Shown one piece after another: positions 31,744-40,519 of a stretch of DNA of 64,000 nucleotides. Position 1 is the stretch's first letter, and each line of letters begins with the position of its first letter. The notes beneath the pieces were generated by a model. The model made no database searches. It saw only the letters and a program-made list of their open reading frames with translations, and was not told the origin of the DNA. Made by a program: the position numbers and the translations under genes. Source of the stretch: Bacteroidota bacterium (GTDB lineage: Bacteria > Bacteroidota > Bacteroidia > Bacteroidales > VadinHA17); the NCBI GenBank assembly GCA_043800695.1, contig JAZDMU010000002.1, positions 27,944 through 91,943 on the forward strand. Reading direction: 5' to 3'.

Positions 31744-32277
31744 TTAAGTTTTTACAAGAATACTCCTTAGTTTTTCCTTTGCACGGGAGTATTGTGATTT
31801 TGATGTTGACTCTGATATCCCCATTATCTGGGATATTTCAGTGTGATCATAGCCTTCAAGCAGGTAAAGCGTCAGTATGATCCTGTAGCCGTCGGCGAGC
31901 TGTTCTATTCCCCTGAATATCTTATTGGTATCGTAATTTATTTCCGGTTCTTCCTCCTCTGCAACAGCAGGAAGGGTTTCATAATAAACAAGTTCTGTCT
32001 TTTTCTTCCTGAGCTGGTTTATGCATCTGTTCATCAGTATGCTCTTCAGCCATGCGCCGAATGTTGATTCAAACCTGAATGTGCCAATGTTCCTGAAGCA
32101 TTCAGTGAACGTCTCCTGGAGGATATCTTCCGCATCTTCCCTGTTGTTCATCATCCTGTAAGCAAGGTTGTACATGGCTTTTGAATATTGTTTATAAAGC
32201 ATATACTGTGCTTTACTGCTTCCCTTTCTGCACTCTTCAATAAGGGGAGCATGAATATTGAAATCCTTCAGATCCAC
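31744..32277 (-). CDS. ECF sigma factor
   Basis: EDAEDILQETF, FGAWLK, LYLLEGYDHTEI, SKSQYSRAK. Confidence 0.95.
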   Translation of the reverse strand: MDLKDFNIHAPLIEECRKGSSKAQYMLYKQYSKAMYNLAYRMMNNREDAEDILQETFTECFRNIGTFRFESTFGAWLKSILMNRCINQLRKKKTELVYYETLPAVAEEEEPEINYDTNKIFRGIEQLADGYRIILTLYLLEGYDHTEISQIMGISESTSKSQYSRAKEKLRSILVKT

Positions 32278-32301
32278 TTTAACTGCTTTCCTGGTTATAA
32301 A

Positions 32302-32327
32302 GACAACGGGTTAATTCAAGGGTTGCA
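32302..32327 (-). promoter_or_regulatory. Putative autoregulatory ECF promoter TGCAAC-N16-TGTC
   Basis: Immediately upstream of sigma gene; second copy at 30125-30150. Confidence 0.65.
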
Positions 32328-32332
32328 CTATT

Positions 32333-33949
32333 TTAACGAAATCGCTGAATTTTTTTTCTTGCCGGCAATGCAATGAATACATATGCCAGGATGAGAATGC
32401 TCAGAATAGCTGAGAACCTCAGTATGTAGTCGCCATATTTTACATAAGGAGTGATCCGGGTTTCAGTGCTGATACTGCCCCTCAGCAGAGCTTCGCTCCA
32501 CCAGGGTGTCTGCTGTAATATTTTACCGCGGATATCGATAAAGCATGAGATCCCCGTGTTGGCTGATCTTGCAACCATCCTGCGGGTTTCTATCGCCCTG
32601 AGTGATGCATATGAAAGGTGCTGTTTGTATCCCGCCGTGTTTTTCCACCATCCGTCATTCGTGATAATGAACAGCACATTTGCTCCTTTTCTCACATATT
32701 CTGCCACATAGCTGCCATAAGCCGATTCGTAGCAGATCACCGGGGCTGCAGTCTGCCCTGTCACGGGATGTATAAAGCATTCCCGCTCTTCCTGTGACCC
32801 GTATCCCCATTTTGTACCGCCCAGGTATGGGACAATTTTGTCTATGAACCTGCCCAGCAGTGAAGAGAGCTGCATTTCAATTCCCGGTACAAGTTTCGAT
32901 TTATGATAGATCTCCCTGACACCAGTACTATCGATCAAAAACGCAGAATTGAAATGATCATACCATAATCCCGTGGTATCGATCTTCCTGGCTGAGTTTG
33001 AAGGCGGATCTTCATTCGAGGGATATAGTATATAACTTACAAGTCCTGAAACAATTGCAGTTCCCGGATTCTGTCCGGCAAATTCCCTGAGAGATTCAAT
33101 ATATTCATTGCTAAGATTATCATGTTCGTTTACAGGATCATCAATCGTAGTCTCGGGAGTCAGCACCCATCGCGAGCCGGCTGTGATGCCGTTCTCTGCC
33201 AGATCAAGAGTATTTTCAAGCTGGTCGCTGAAGGGAATGGTGAATTTTTCAGTAAAGGGATCTATGTTGGGTTGTATTATTACCGTTTCGTGCAGCTCAG
33301 AATTATTTTGTCTGATCGTGTAAAATCTTGTTATAGAGATAATTGCGGGGATTATTACAAGAGCAATCCATAACCCGGTAGAGAGCCTGTGTCTTCTGTT
33401 TTGTGTTAATAAATTAACAATAGAAAATGTAAGCAGAAGGTTAGAAAGCAGTATCCATAAAGTACCGCCTCCGCTGCCTGTTGCTTCGTACCATTGAATG
33501 AATAGAATATCTTTTGCGAGTCCGTTTCCGAGGTTGATCCAGGGTGAAAGCAAAGGTACATTGAGAGTAAGGAATTCAAAAGCAAGCCAGAAGGAGATAA
33601 TTGCAATTGAGGCGGTTACAGTTCCGGCTCTTAATCTTATAATATGAGCCAGCCAAAGGGTGAATGCCATCATGAACGACATGCCAACAATGACGGTGAT
33701 CACGGCAGGGATGCTTGCAGCCCTGACCCATCCGACCGACATCGTATTGAAAATTATCATGCCGGGAAGGAGGTAAACAAAGTAAGAATTAACCCTGTAC
33801 CTGGCCTGATTTATAAAAAAATGGTTTTCTATCAGAAAGAACGGAACAAATGCACCAAGAAGAATAAGCCCGGAGAACCAGCTTGTCCATGCCAGGCCTG
33901 CCATTATCCCTCCTGCAGCAGAAAGTCCTATGAGATGATATTTGTTCAT
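32333..33949 (-). CDS. lnt: Apolipoprotein N-acyltransferase
   Basis: TM N-terminus; triad motifs PET, HKSKLVP, ICYES; ITNDGWW, RSANTGIS; TAATTTTG at 33989-33996 (minus). Confidence 0.93.
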   Translation of the reverse strand: MNKYHLIGLSAAGGIMAGLAWTSWFSGLILLGAFVPFFLIENHFFINQARYRVNSYFVYLLPGMIIFNTMSVGWVRAASIPAVITVIVGMSFMMAFTLWLAHIIRLRAGTVTASIAIISFWLAFEFLTLNVPLLSPWINLGNGLAKDILFIQWYEATGSGGGTLWILLSNLLLTFSIVNLLTQNRRHRLSTGLWIALVIIPAIISITRFYTIRQNNSELHETVIIQPNIDPFTEKFTIPFSDQLENTLDLAENGITAGSRWVLTPETTIDDPVNEHDNLSNEYIESLREFAGQNPGTAIVSGLVSYILYPSNEDPPSNSARKIDTTGLWYDHFNSAFLIDSTGVREIYHKSKLVPGIEMQLSSLLGRFIDKIVPYLGGTKWGYGSQEERECFIHPVTGQTAAPVICYESAYGSYVAEYVRKGANVLFIITNDGWWKNTAGYKQHLSYASLRAIETRRMVARSANTGISCFIDIRGKILQQTPWWSEALLRGSISTETRITPYVKYGDYILRFSAILSILILAYVFIALPARKKIQRFR

Positions 33950-34186
33950 TGGAGGCATTCTTCCTTCTGACATAATGAAACAAATGCACAAAATTAGCAG
34001 AAGAAGTGAAAGCAGGCACCCTGTTTCTGTTGTTTTTGCCTTTTTACTTTGTTCGCCACCTCAAAGCGGCGATTCATCCAATTTTCCCGATCGCTTATGA
34101 AAATGAATCGAATAATATTGCATTATGTAAAAAATTAGTATATTTTTACAATTAGTATTCGATTGACTGAAGTAACAGATCCCTGA

Positions 34187-34663
34187 ATGAAAAGGTATGC
34201 TCTGGTTTTCCTGACAGCAATGTTCGCTTTATCGTTAAGCGCACAGAAACAGGAAGTTATTGCCAGTGCAGGCGGGTATAATTCTGCCGGAGACATATCT
34301 ATCAGCTGGACACTTGGGGAGACGATTATTCCCACATTTTCAGCCGGAGGACTAATACTTACCCACGGATTTCAGCAGCAGCTGATAGTGACAACCATTG
34401 AGGAGAATCTCCTGGAGCTGGTAAATGTAACAGTCTATCCCAATCCAGCCATTGATGTACTCAACATTAAGTTCGAATTGCCTCTTGACGGAGCCGTTGA
34501 TCTTTATCTTCTTACCCAGCAGGGGAGTCTTGTCCTGACCGATTTCATCGAAGCCACATCCGTTGAAAAACAGGTAAATATGCAGGGGTTCCCGGCCGGA
34601 GTCTATTTTGTCAGGCTTGTTAAAGGAAAATTAAATAACGTATATAAAGTTGTAAAACTTTAA
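34187..34663 (+). CDS. Small T9SS type-A CTD protein (copy 1)
   Basis: Signal peptide, ASAGG...SWTLGE...GFQQ, CTD VYPNPA...GVYFV...KVVKL. Confidence 0.88.
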   Translation: MKRYALVFLTAMFALSLSAQKQEVIASAGGYNSAGDISISWTLGETIIPTFSAGGLILTHGFQQQLIVTTIEENLLELVNVTVYPNPAIDVLNIKFELPLDGAVDLYLLTQQGSLVLTDFIEATSVEKQVNMQGFPAGVYFVRLVKGKLNNVYKVVKL

Positions 34664-34680
34664 GGAAGCTTTTACTGTCC

Positions 34681-34742
34681 AAAAGCAATTTTTCCATTCT
34701 TTTCATGGCTGCCCCTGACGTTTACAGTCAGGGGCTTTTTTT
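34681..34742 (+). repeat. Repeat R1: conserved ~30-nt tract plus terminator hairpin
   Basis: aaaagcaatttttccattcttttcatggct-gcccctgac-loop-gtcaggggc-tttt; four copies in the island. Confidence 0.9.
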
Positions 34743-34920
34743 GAATAAACAGTGGTAATACGATTCTCCATGTCCCCAAACCAGGTGGATTGGCTGAGTG
34801 TATTAAAATATATTTGACTCGTATTGGTATTTACTCGTAACTTTATCAAAATCAATTTAATTCTCATCAAATAGTTCCGACTTCTAAACGAAAATCAATC
34901 TAATTTAAAAAGGTCATAAC

Positions 34921-35409
34921 ATGAAACACATAAAAGTCTTATTATGTTTTTTCTTCCTGTGCTGTTTTAGTATAACAACTTTAAAGGCTCAATCAGCCAT
35001 TCCTGCGTCAGGTGGTAATGCCTCAGGGAGCGGGGGATCCGCGAGCTACACAGTTGGTCAGATAGTGTATACAACAAACACAGGATCAAACGGCTCTGAA
35101 GCTCAGGGTGTACAACAGCCTTATGAAATTTCAGTGATAACGGCTGTTAAAGATGCCGGAGGCATATCACTGGAATTTGTTGCTTATCCAAATCCTGCAA
35201 GTGACTTCATAAAAATTAAGATTGAGGACTATGAAGTTGAGAACCTCACCTACAGGCTTCACGACATTAACGGTATTCTGTTACAAACCGATAAAGTTGA
35301 AGGAAATGAAACCACTATTCCCATGAATACACTTTTGCCTTCAATATATTTTTTGAAAGTATTTGAAGGAAACAAAGAAATAGTTACATACAAAATAATT
35401 AAAAATTAA
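34921..35409 (+). CDS. Small T9SS type-A CTD protein (copy 2)
   Basis: Signal peptide, ASGG...SYTVGQ...QGVQQPYE, CTD AYPNPA...IYFLKV...KIIKN. Confidence 0.9.
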   Translation: MKHIKVLLCFFFLCCFSITTLKAQSAIPASGGNASGSGGSASYTVGQIVYTTNTGSNGSEAQGVQQPYEISVITAVKDAGGISLEFVAYPNPASDFIKIKIEDYEVENLTYRLHDINGILLQTDKVEGNETTIPMNTLLPSIYFLKVFEGNKEIVTYKIIKN

Positions 35410-35415
35410 ATCCTG

Positions 35416-37842
35416 ATGAAAAAGTTTTACTCGATTCTTGCAATAGTATTAATTACTGTTACAGCATGGGCTCAAAGTCCGCAGAAGATGAGTTACCAGG
35501 CAGTGATCCGTGATGCACTTAACCACCTTGTGACAACCCAGGTAGGTATGCGAATAAGTATTTTACAAGGTTCTGAAAGTGGAACAGCTGTTTATGCTGA
35601 AACACAAACGCCGACACCCAATATAAACGGGCTTGTAACGATAGAAATCGGTAGCGGCACATTGGTTTCAGGGAATTTTTCAACGATAAATTGGGCAAAC
35701 GGACCTTACTTTATTAAAACCGAAACCGCTGTTGTTGCACCCTTAACAACGTACACAATCGAGGGTACAAGCCCATTATTAAGCGTCCCTTACGCATTGT
35801 ATGCGAAAAATGCTGCTGACTATACCGAAGCCGATCCCATTTTTGCAGGATGGGACAAATCAAGCGATATAAGCATAACCAATGCGCAAATAAGTAACTG
35901 GTCAGTGGCAACATCGACATTCTTAACCGGAATAACTTCTGGTCAGGTTACAACAGCTTTGGGATTCACACCTTATAATAGTACCAATCCATCAGGGTAC
36001 ACGTCAAACACAGGGACAGTTACCTCTGTTGCAATGTCAACTCCAGCTGGCTTGACAATAGCCGGAACACCTGTAACAACCTCAGGTACATTGGCACTAA
36101 CACTGACTTCTGGTTATGCAATACCAACAACAGATCAATTATTTCCCGGCTTGGGTATAACTGCAGATAAAGCAGCAAACGGCAATCATACTCACGATTA
36201 TTCAGGAGAATTTGCTGCACTGGTTCATGATCATAACGGTACTTACGAACCTGTAGTCGTTGCGGGAACAACTTCACAATACCTGAGAGGTGACAAATCA
36301 TGGCAGACATTAAACACAAGTGCTGTTATTGAAGGTTCTAACCTGTATTACACAGATGCAAAGGCGAGGTCAGCAATTTCATTAACAACAACAGGAAACT
36401 CAGGAGCTGCCAGTTATTCTTCAGGAATAATTAATATCCCTGATTATACCATTTCAGGATTAGGCGGACAACCTGCACTTAACGGTACCGGATTAGTCCG
36501 TATGACCGGAACAACAGTAAGTTATGATAATAGTATTTACCTGACCAGCGAAACCGATCCTGTTTTTGCAGATCATGTTTCAAGCGGAATAACCTCTGAA
36601 GATGTTACGAACTGGTCAACAGCCTATGGCTGGGGTAATCACTCTTCAGGGGGGTATTTTGCTAATGGAGGAGAGACAAGAGGTACAAACCGTACTCTCG
36701 GAAATACAGATAATTTTTCTCTTGGATTTAAAACCAATGATGAAACAAGATTATTTCTTTCTAATGATGGTAAAATTGGTATAGGGACTACCACACCAAA
36801 TGGATATCTTGAAGTTACTGATAAGGGAGATGGTACTCCCTATAATCTTATAGTATTAGGTCAAACTGAAACTTCAAACAGGTTAAGGCTTTCTTCAGGT
36901 ACAAATTATGGAATTATTTCTGTTGGCTCTTCTATAGATGAGAGCAAAGGTTTGACAATAAGGCATTCGTCAGGATATATTGGAATGGGGACATCCGATC
37001 CTTCCACTAAACTGGATGTAAATGGAGTTATTACTGCCAGAGGAGGAATGGATGCCGGAAGTAATATCATCTCCAATGTTGCTGGTCCCACCGATGCACA
37101 GGATGCCGCAACAAAAGCTTATGTGGATGTTTCTGCTGAGACAAATGCCAACCTGACTGGGATGGTTACCAGTGTCGGCAACGAAACAACCGTAGTTACC
37201 AATGCTGATCTGACCGGAGAAGTTATGTCTGTAGGGAATGAAACTACAATTTCTAACTCAGCAGTTATAAGTAAGGTATTAACCGGATTTACAAGTGCAG
37301 CAGGAAAAGTTGAAGACAATGACAATATATTGGAGGCTATTCAAAAACTTGATGGGAATAATCCTGTCCACTATATAGGCGAAGAATACGGTGGGGGATT
37401 TGTTTTTTATGTATATGATAATGGTCAGCACGGTTTAATAGCAGCTACTTCCGACATCACTCCGATCAAATGGTATGCAGGAACTAATATGTATACTCTC
37501 GCAACTTCTGATGGCGTTGGAGCAGGTAAAGCAAACACAGCTATTATACTTGCCCAACAAGGCGTTGGGGATGGCACAATGTATGCTGCAAAAGCATGCT
37601 TTCGATATTCAAATTGGATGGCCAGTGTTAATTATAGCGAATGGTATTTACCTTCAAAGTATGAATTGAATTTATTGTTTATGCAAAAAGCATTGACAGT
37701 TTTGAATTTGCAAGAAGCCTACTATTGGAGTTCTACAGAAGCCGAACTTAACGTCGCATGGGCTCAGCACATGGAAACTGGTAGTCTCTCAGAGGCCATT
37801 AAGTCCGCCGTAATTACCGTTCGTGCCATTCGGACTTTTTAA
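35416..37842 (+). CDS. Secreted mosaic fibre-like protein with C-terminal DUF1566/Lcl-like domain
   Basis: Signal peptide; MSYQAVIRD...LSVPYALYA head; ETDPVF, GKIGIGTTTP, DAATKAYVD fibre motifs; WYLPSKYEL...YWSSTE...VRAIRTF. Confidence 0.85.
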   Translation: MKKFYSILAIVLITVTAWAQSPQKMSYQAVIRDALNHLVTTQVGMRISILQGSESGTAVYAETQTPTPNINGLVTIEIGSGTLVSGNFSTINWANGPYFIKTETAVVAPLTTYTIEGTSPLLSVPYALYAKNAADYTEADPIFAGWDKSSDISITNAQISNWSVATSTFLTGITSGQVTTALGFTPYNSTNPSGYTSNTGTVTSVAMSTPAGLTIAGTPVTTSGTLALTLTSGYAIPTTDQLFPGLGITADKAANGNHTHDYSGEFAALVHDHNGTYEPVVVAGTTSQYLRGDKSWQTLNTSAVIEGSNLYYTDAKARSAISLTTTGNSGAASYSSGIINIPDYTISGLGGQPALNGTGLVRMTGTTVSYDNSIYLTSETDPVFADHVSSGITSEDVTNWSTAYGWGNHSSGGYFANGGETRGTNRTLGNTDNFSLGFKTNDETRLFLSNDGKIGIGTTTPNGYLEVTDKGDGTPYNLIVLGQTETSNRLRLSSGTNYGIISVGSSIDESKGLTIRHSSGYIGMGTSDPSTKLDVNGVITARGGMDAGSNIISNVAGPTDAQDAATKAYVDVSAETNANLTGMVTSVGNETTVVTNADLTGEVMSVGNETTISNSAVISKVLTGFTSAAGKVEDNDNILEAIQKLDGNNPVHYIGEEYGGGFVFYVYDNGQHGLIAATSDITPIKWYAGTNMYTLATSDGVGAGKANTAIILAQQGVGDGTMYAAKACFRYSNWMASVNYSEWYLPSKYELNLLFMQKALTVLNLQEAYYWSSTEAELNVAWAQHMETGSLSEAIKSAVITVRAIRTF

Positions 37843-37897
37843 CAATTTTTCCATTCTTTTCATGGCTGCCCCGACCCTCAAGGCCGGGGCTTTTTTT
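37843..37897 (+). repeat. Repeat R2 (5'-shortened, fused to stop codon)
   Basis: caatttttccattcttttcatggctgccccgac...ggggcttttttt. Confidence 0.9.
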
Positions 37898-37916
37898 GTG
37901 GGTGGGGCCAGATTTC

Positions 37917-38100
37917 CCTGTCATGAACGGCTCTGAAAGAGCCAAATATGAATTGAGCCCCTTCAGGGCTCTACAGTCTGGTAGTGAGTGCTTTACCCCC
38001 GGTTGTAACCGGGGGTTATTCAAATTCAGCCACTTCGTGGCTTGTTTGAAAGCCCCATAAGTGTATGGTAAGACATAGAATAAATACTAATTGGATGTTT
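37917..38100. mobile_element. Non-autonomous (tnpA-less) copy of the adjacent Y1 element ends
   Basis: ggctctgaaagagccaaat matches 38263-38281; 37951-38100 is a direct repeat of 38877-39035. Confidence 0.75.
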
Positions 38101-38106
38101 TTTATT

Positions 38107-38167
38107 AAAAGCAATTTTCCCATTCTTTTCATGGCTGCCCCTGACCTTTAAGGCCGAGGCTTTTTTT
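38107..38167 (+). repeat. Repeat R3
   Basis: aaaagcaattttcccattcttttcatggctgcccctgac...ggcttttttt. Confidence 0.9.
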
Positions 38168-38262
38168 GTGACGAAAAATGGACTTACTGTCATAACCTGC
38201 TCTGAGATAGTTTATTATGGATTATAACCCATCGGAACAAGGTGTGATTATCTCACTATGCA

Positions 38263-38970
38263 GGCTCTGAAAGAGCCAAATTTGAATAACCCCCGGTGAC
38301 AACCGGGGGCAAGATACAAACACTACTTGAGCAGCTCTGAAGGAGCTGAATATAAATCTACGGAAAATACTGCTCATCAATCCTGATGCCTGACTCTATC
38401 AGGAGCTTCCTGTACTCTTCCTCGAATTTGTGTTTCTTGTGATGCTCTTGCTGGGACGTAATATACTCAATCACCCTCCCGGCGTCCGGATAGGAGCACG
38501 TAAAAGCTCCATACCTGTCAGCCCAGCCGGTGAAAGCCGGAAATAAGCCATTGGCTTTCATCCACATAGATGTAGCTACTTTCATCTCCCTCATAAAATC
38601 AGCCAGCGCAATAGAGGGATGTATATCAGTTAGCAGATGCAGATGATCTTCTGTGCCATTGACCCTGTAAAGGTGGCAGTTCTTGTTTCTGACTATTCCG
38701 TTTATATAGGAATAGAGCTGCCCTGCGAACTCCTGATTTATGGTGGGCAGGCTATCCCTGGTCCTGAAAACAAGGTGATAAAGCAACTGTCTGTAGCTTG
38801 ACATGATGAAATGGTTTAAATTAATAATACAGCGAGAAAAAGGTAAGATACAAAGATTCCAGGCAAAATCCAAATAAATTGAGCCCCTTCAGGGCTCTAC
38901 AGTCTGGTAATTAGTGCTTTACCCCCGGTTGGCACCGGGGGTTATTCAAATTAAACCACATTCGTGGCTT
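38263..38970 (-). mobile_element. IS200/IS605-type (Y1, REP-associated-like) element: tnpA flanked by inverted ~90-nt three-hairpin ends
   Basis: 38263-38350 is the reverse-complement homologue of 38877-38970 (core taacccccgg...ccgggggttattcaaatt). Confidence 0.8.
38358..38804 (-). CDS. tnpA: Y1 HUH transposase (IS200/IS605 TnpA family)
   Basis: YHLVFRT, DHLHL (HUH), YGAF, EYITSQQEHH; start ATG 38804. Confidence 0.93.
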   Translation of the reverse strand: MSSYRQLLYHLVFRTRDSLPTINQEFAGQLYSYINGIVRNKNCHLYRVNGTEDHLHLLTDIHPSIALADFMREMKVATSMWMKANGLFPAFTGWADRYGAFTCSYPDAGRVIEYITSQQEHHKKHKFEEEYRKLLIESGIRIDEQYFP

Positions 38971-39039
38971 GGCTGAAAGCCTCCATAGGTGTATGGTAAG
39001 ACATAGAATAAAAACTATTAGGCTGCTATATATTTTACC

Positions 39040-39096
39040 AAAAGCAATTTTTCCATTCTTTTCATGGCTGCCCCGACCTTCAAAGTCGGGGCTTTT
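39040..39096 (+). repeat. Repeat R4
   Basis: aaaagcaatttttccattcttttcatggctgccccgac-cttcaaa-gtcggggctttt. Confidence 0.9.
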
Positions 39097-39181
39097 GCTT
39101 TGTTAAATTGTGTTAAACCAGCTTCTTAACCAATACAGGATTATCATATTTTATATCTTTCGGGGCGAAATAATCCGTAAA

Positions 39182-40390
39182 ATGATCAAAAAAATTACCT
39201 TCTCAATTCTCACAGCCATCATTCTTGCTGGTTGCAGTTCAAGTGAAGAACAGCTTGCCAGGAAGGCCGATAAACTCCACAAGAGCTTCCTAACGGTTGA
39301 TACACATTGTGATACCCCGCTGGAAATTGTAAGGTCAGGCTTCAACCTCGGGGAAAAGCACGAGAAGGGTTGCGTTGATTTCCCCAGGATGGTTGAAGGA
39401 GGACTCGACGCTGAGTTCTTCGCAGCTTATATCGGACAGGGACCAAGGGATGATTCGTCTACAAACAGGGCCCACCAGGAAATAATAGGAATTATTGAAG
39501 CAATACATCAGAATGTTGAGAAGAATTCCGACATGGCGGAAATAGCACTAACACCCGATGATGCCTTCCGGCTTAAGAAGGAGGGTAAATTGTCATCATT
39601 CATAGGAATTGAGAATGGTTATCCGGTTGGAAAGGATATCAGCAGGGTAAAACAATATTATGATATGGGCGCGAGGTATATAACTCTCTGCCATTCAGCC
39701 AACAACGATATCTGTGATTCTTCTACCGATCCGAAAGGTTCCGAACATGGAGGGCTTTCATCATTCGGGGAAGAAGTTGTAAAGGAAATGAACCGTTTAG
39801 GGATGATAGTGGATGTATCACATATTTCAGATGAATCATTCTATGATGTTCTCAATAATTCGAAAGCCCCGGTACTTGCCTCTCATTCATCTTCGAGGGC
39901 ACTATGCTCCAGCCCCCGGAACCTTTCCGACGACATGCTGCTTGCCCTGAAGAATAATGGAGGTGTAATCCAGATATGCATTCTGAGCAGCTATATCAAA
40001 ACGCCTGAGCCGAACCCGGAGCTCGAATCAAAACTCGCTGAGCTTAAAAACAGATATGGTGAATTCAACAAGCTCTCAGATGAACAAAGGAACCAGTTAA
40101 GGAACGAAAGATGGGAGATATTTAATAAATACAGAAAGCTGGCAACCGTTGCCGATGTAGTTGACCACATCGACCATGTGGTACAGGTTATCGGTATCGA
40201 CTATGTGGGAATTGGAACTGACTTCGATGGAGGGGGAGGAGTTGAAGGGTGCAAATCGGTCGCTGAAATGAAGAACATAACAGTTGAACTGCTCCGCCGG
40301 GGTTATTCAAAATCAGATATAGGAAAGATATGGGGCGGTAACACCATGAGGGTGTTCCGTCAGGTTGAAGAAATAGCTCGTAGCTCGTAA
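39182..40390 (+). CDS. Membrane dipeptidase (M19), lipoprotein
   Basis: LAGC lipobox, VDTHCD, IENG, VDVSH, ASHSS, GTDFDGG. Confidence 0.93.
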   Translation: MIKKITFSILTAIILAGCSSSEEQLARKADKLHKSFLTVDTHCDTPLEIVRSGFNLGEKHEKGCVDFPRMVEGGLDAEFFAAYIGQGPRDDSSTNRAHQEIIGIIEAIHQNVEKNSDMAEIALTPDDAFRLKKEGKLSSFIGIENGYPVGKDISRVKQYYDMGARYITLCHSANNDICDSSTDPKGSEHGGLSSFGEEVVKEMNRLGMIVDVSHISDESFYDVLNNSKAPVLASHSSSRALCSSPRNLSDDMLLALKNNGGVIQICILSSYIKTPEPNPELESKLAELKNRYGEFNKLSDEQRNQLRNERWEIFNKYRKLATVADVVDHIDHVVQVIGIDYVGIGTDFDGGGGVEGCKSVAEMKNITVELLRRGYSKSDIGKIWGGNTMRVFRQVEEIARSS

Positions 40391-40419
40391 ATCACAGATC
40401 ATATATCTTACCTGTACTA

Positions 40420-40448
40420 ACCCACCCCTGGCCCCTCCCAGGAGGGGA
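40420..40448. repeat. REP-like palindromic repeat, copy 2
   Basis: acccacccctggcccctcccaggagggga, 27/29 identical to 4475-4503. Confidence 0.75.
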
Positions 40449-40460
40449 ACTTAAAAGAAA

Positions 40461-40519
40461 GCCCTGCGCCCTGTGCCCTGAGCTCTGTGCCCTGAGCCCT
40501 GAGCCCTGAGCCCTGAGCC
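40461..40519. repeat. Heptamer tandem repeat (GCCCTGA x8, degenerate)
   Basis: Read directly between convergent genes. Confidence 0.9.

Noticed and set aside
34681-39096. CRISPR array or integron
   Set aside because: Spacing between repeats ranges from ~200 nt to 3 kb, no cas genes, no tyrosine integrase, and no attC-type GTTRRRY/RYYYAAC ends
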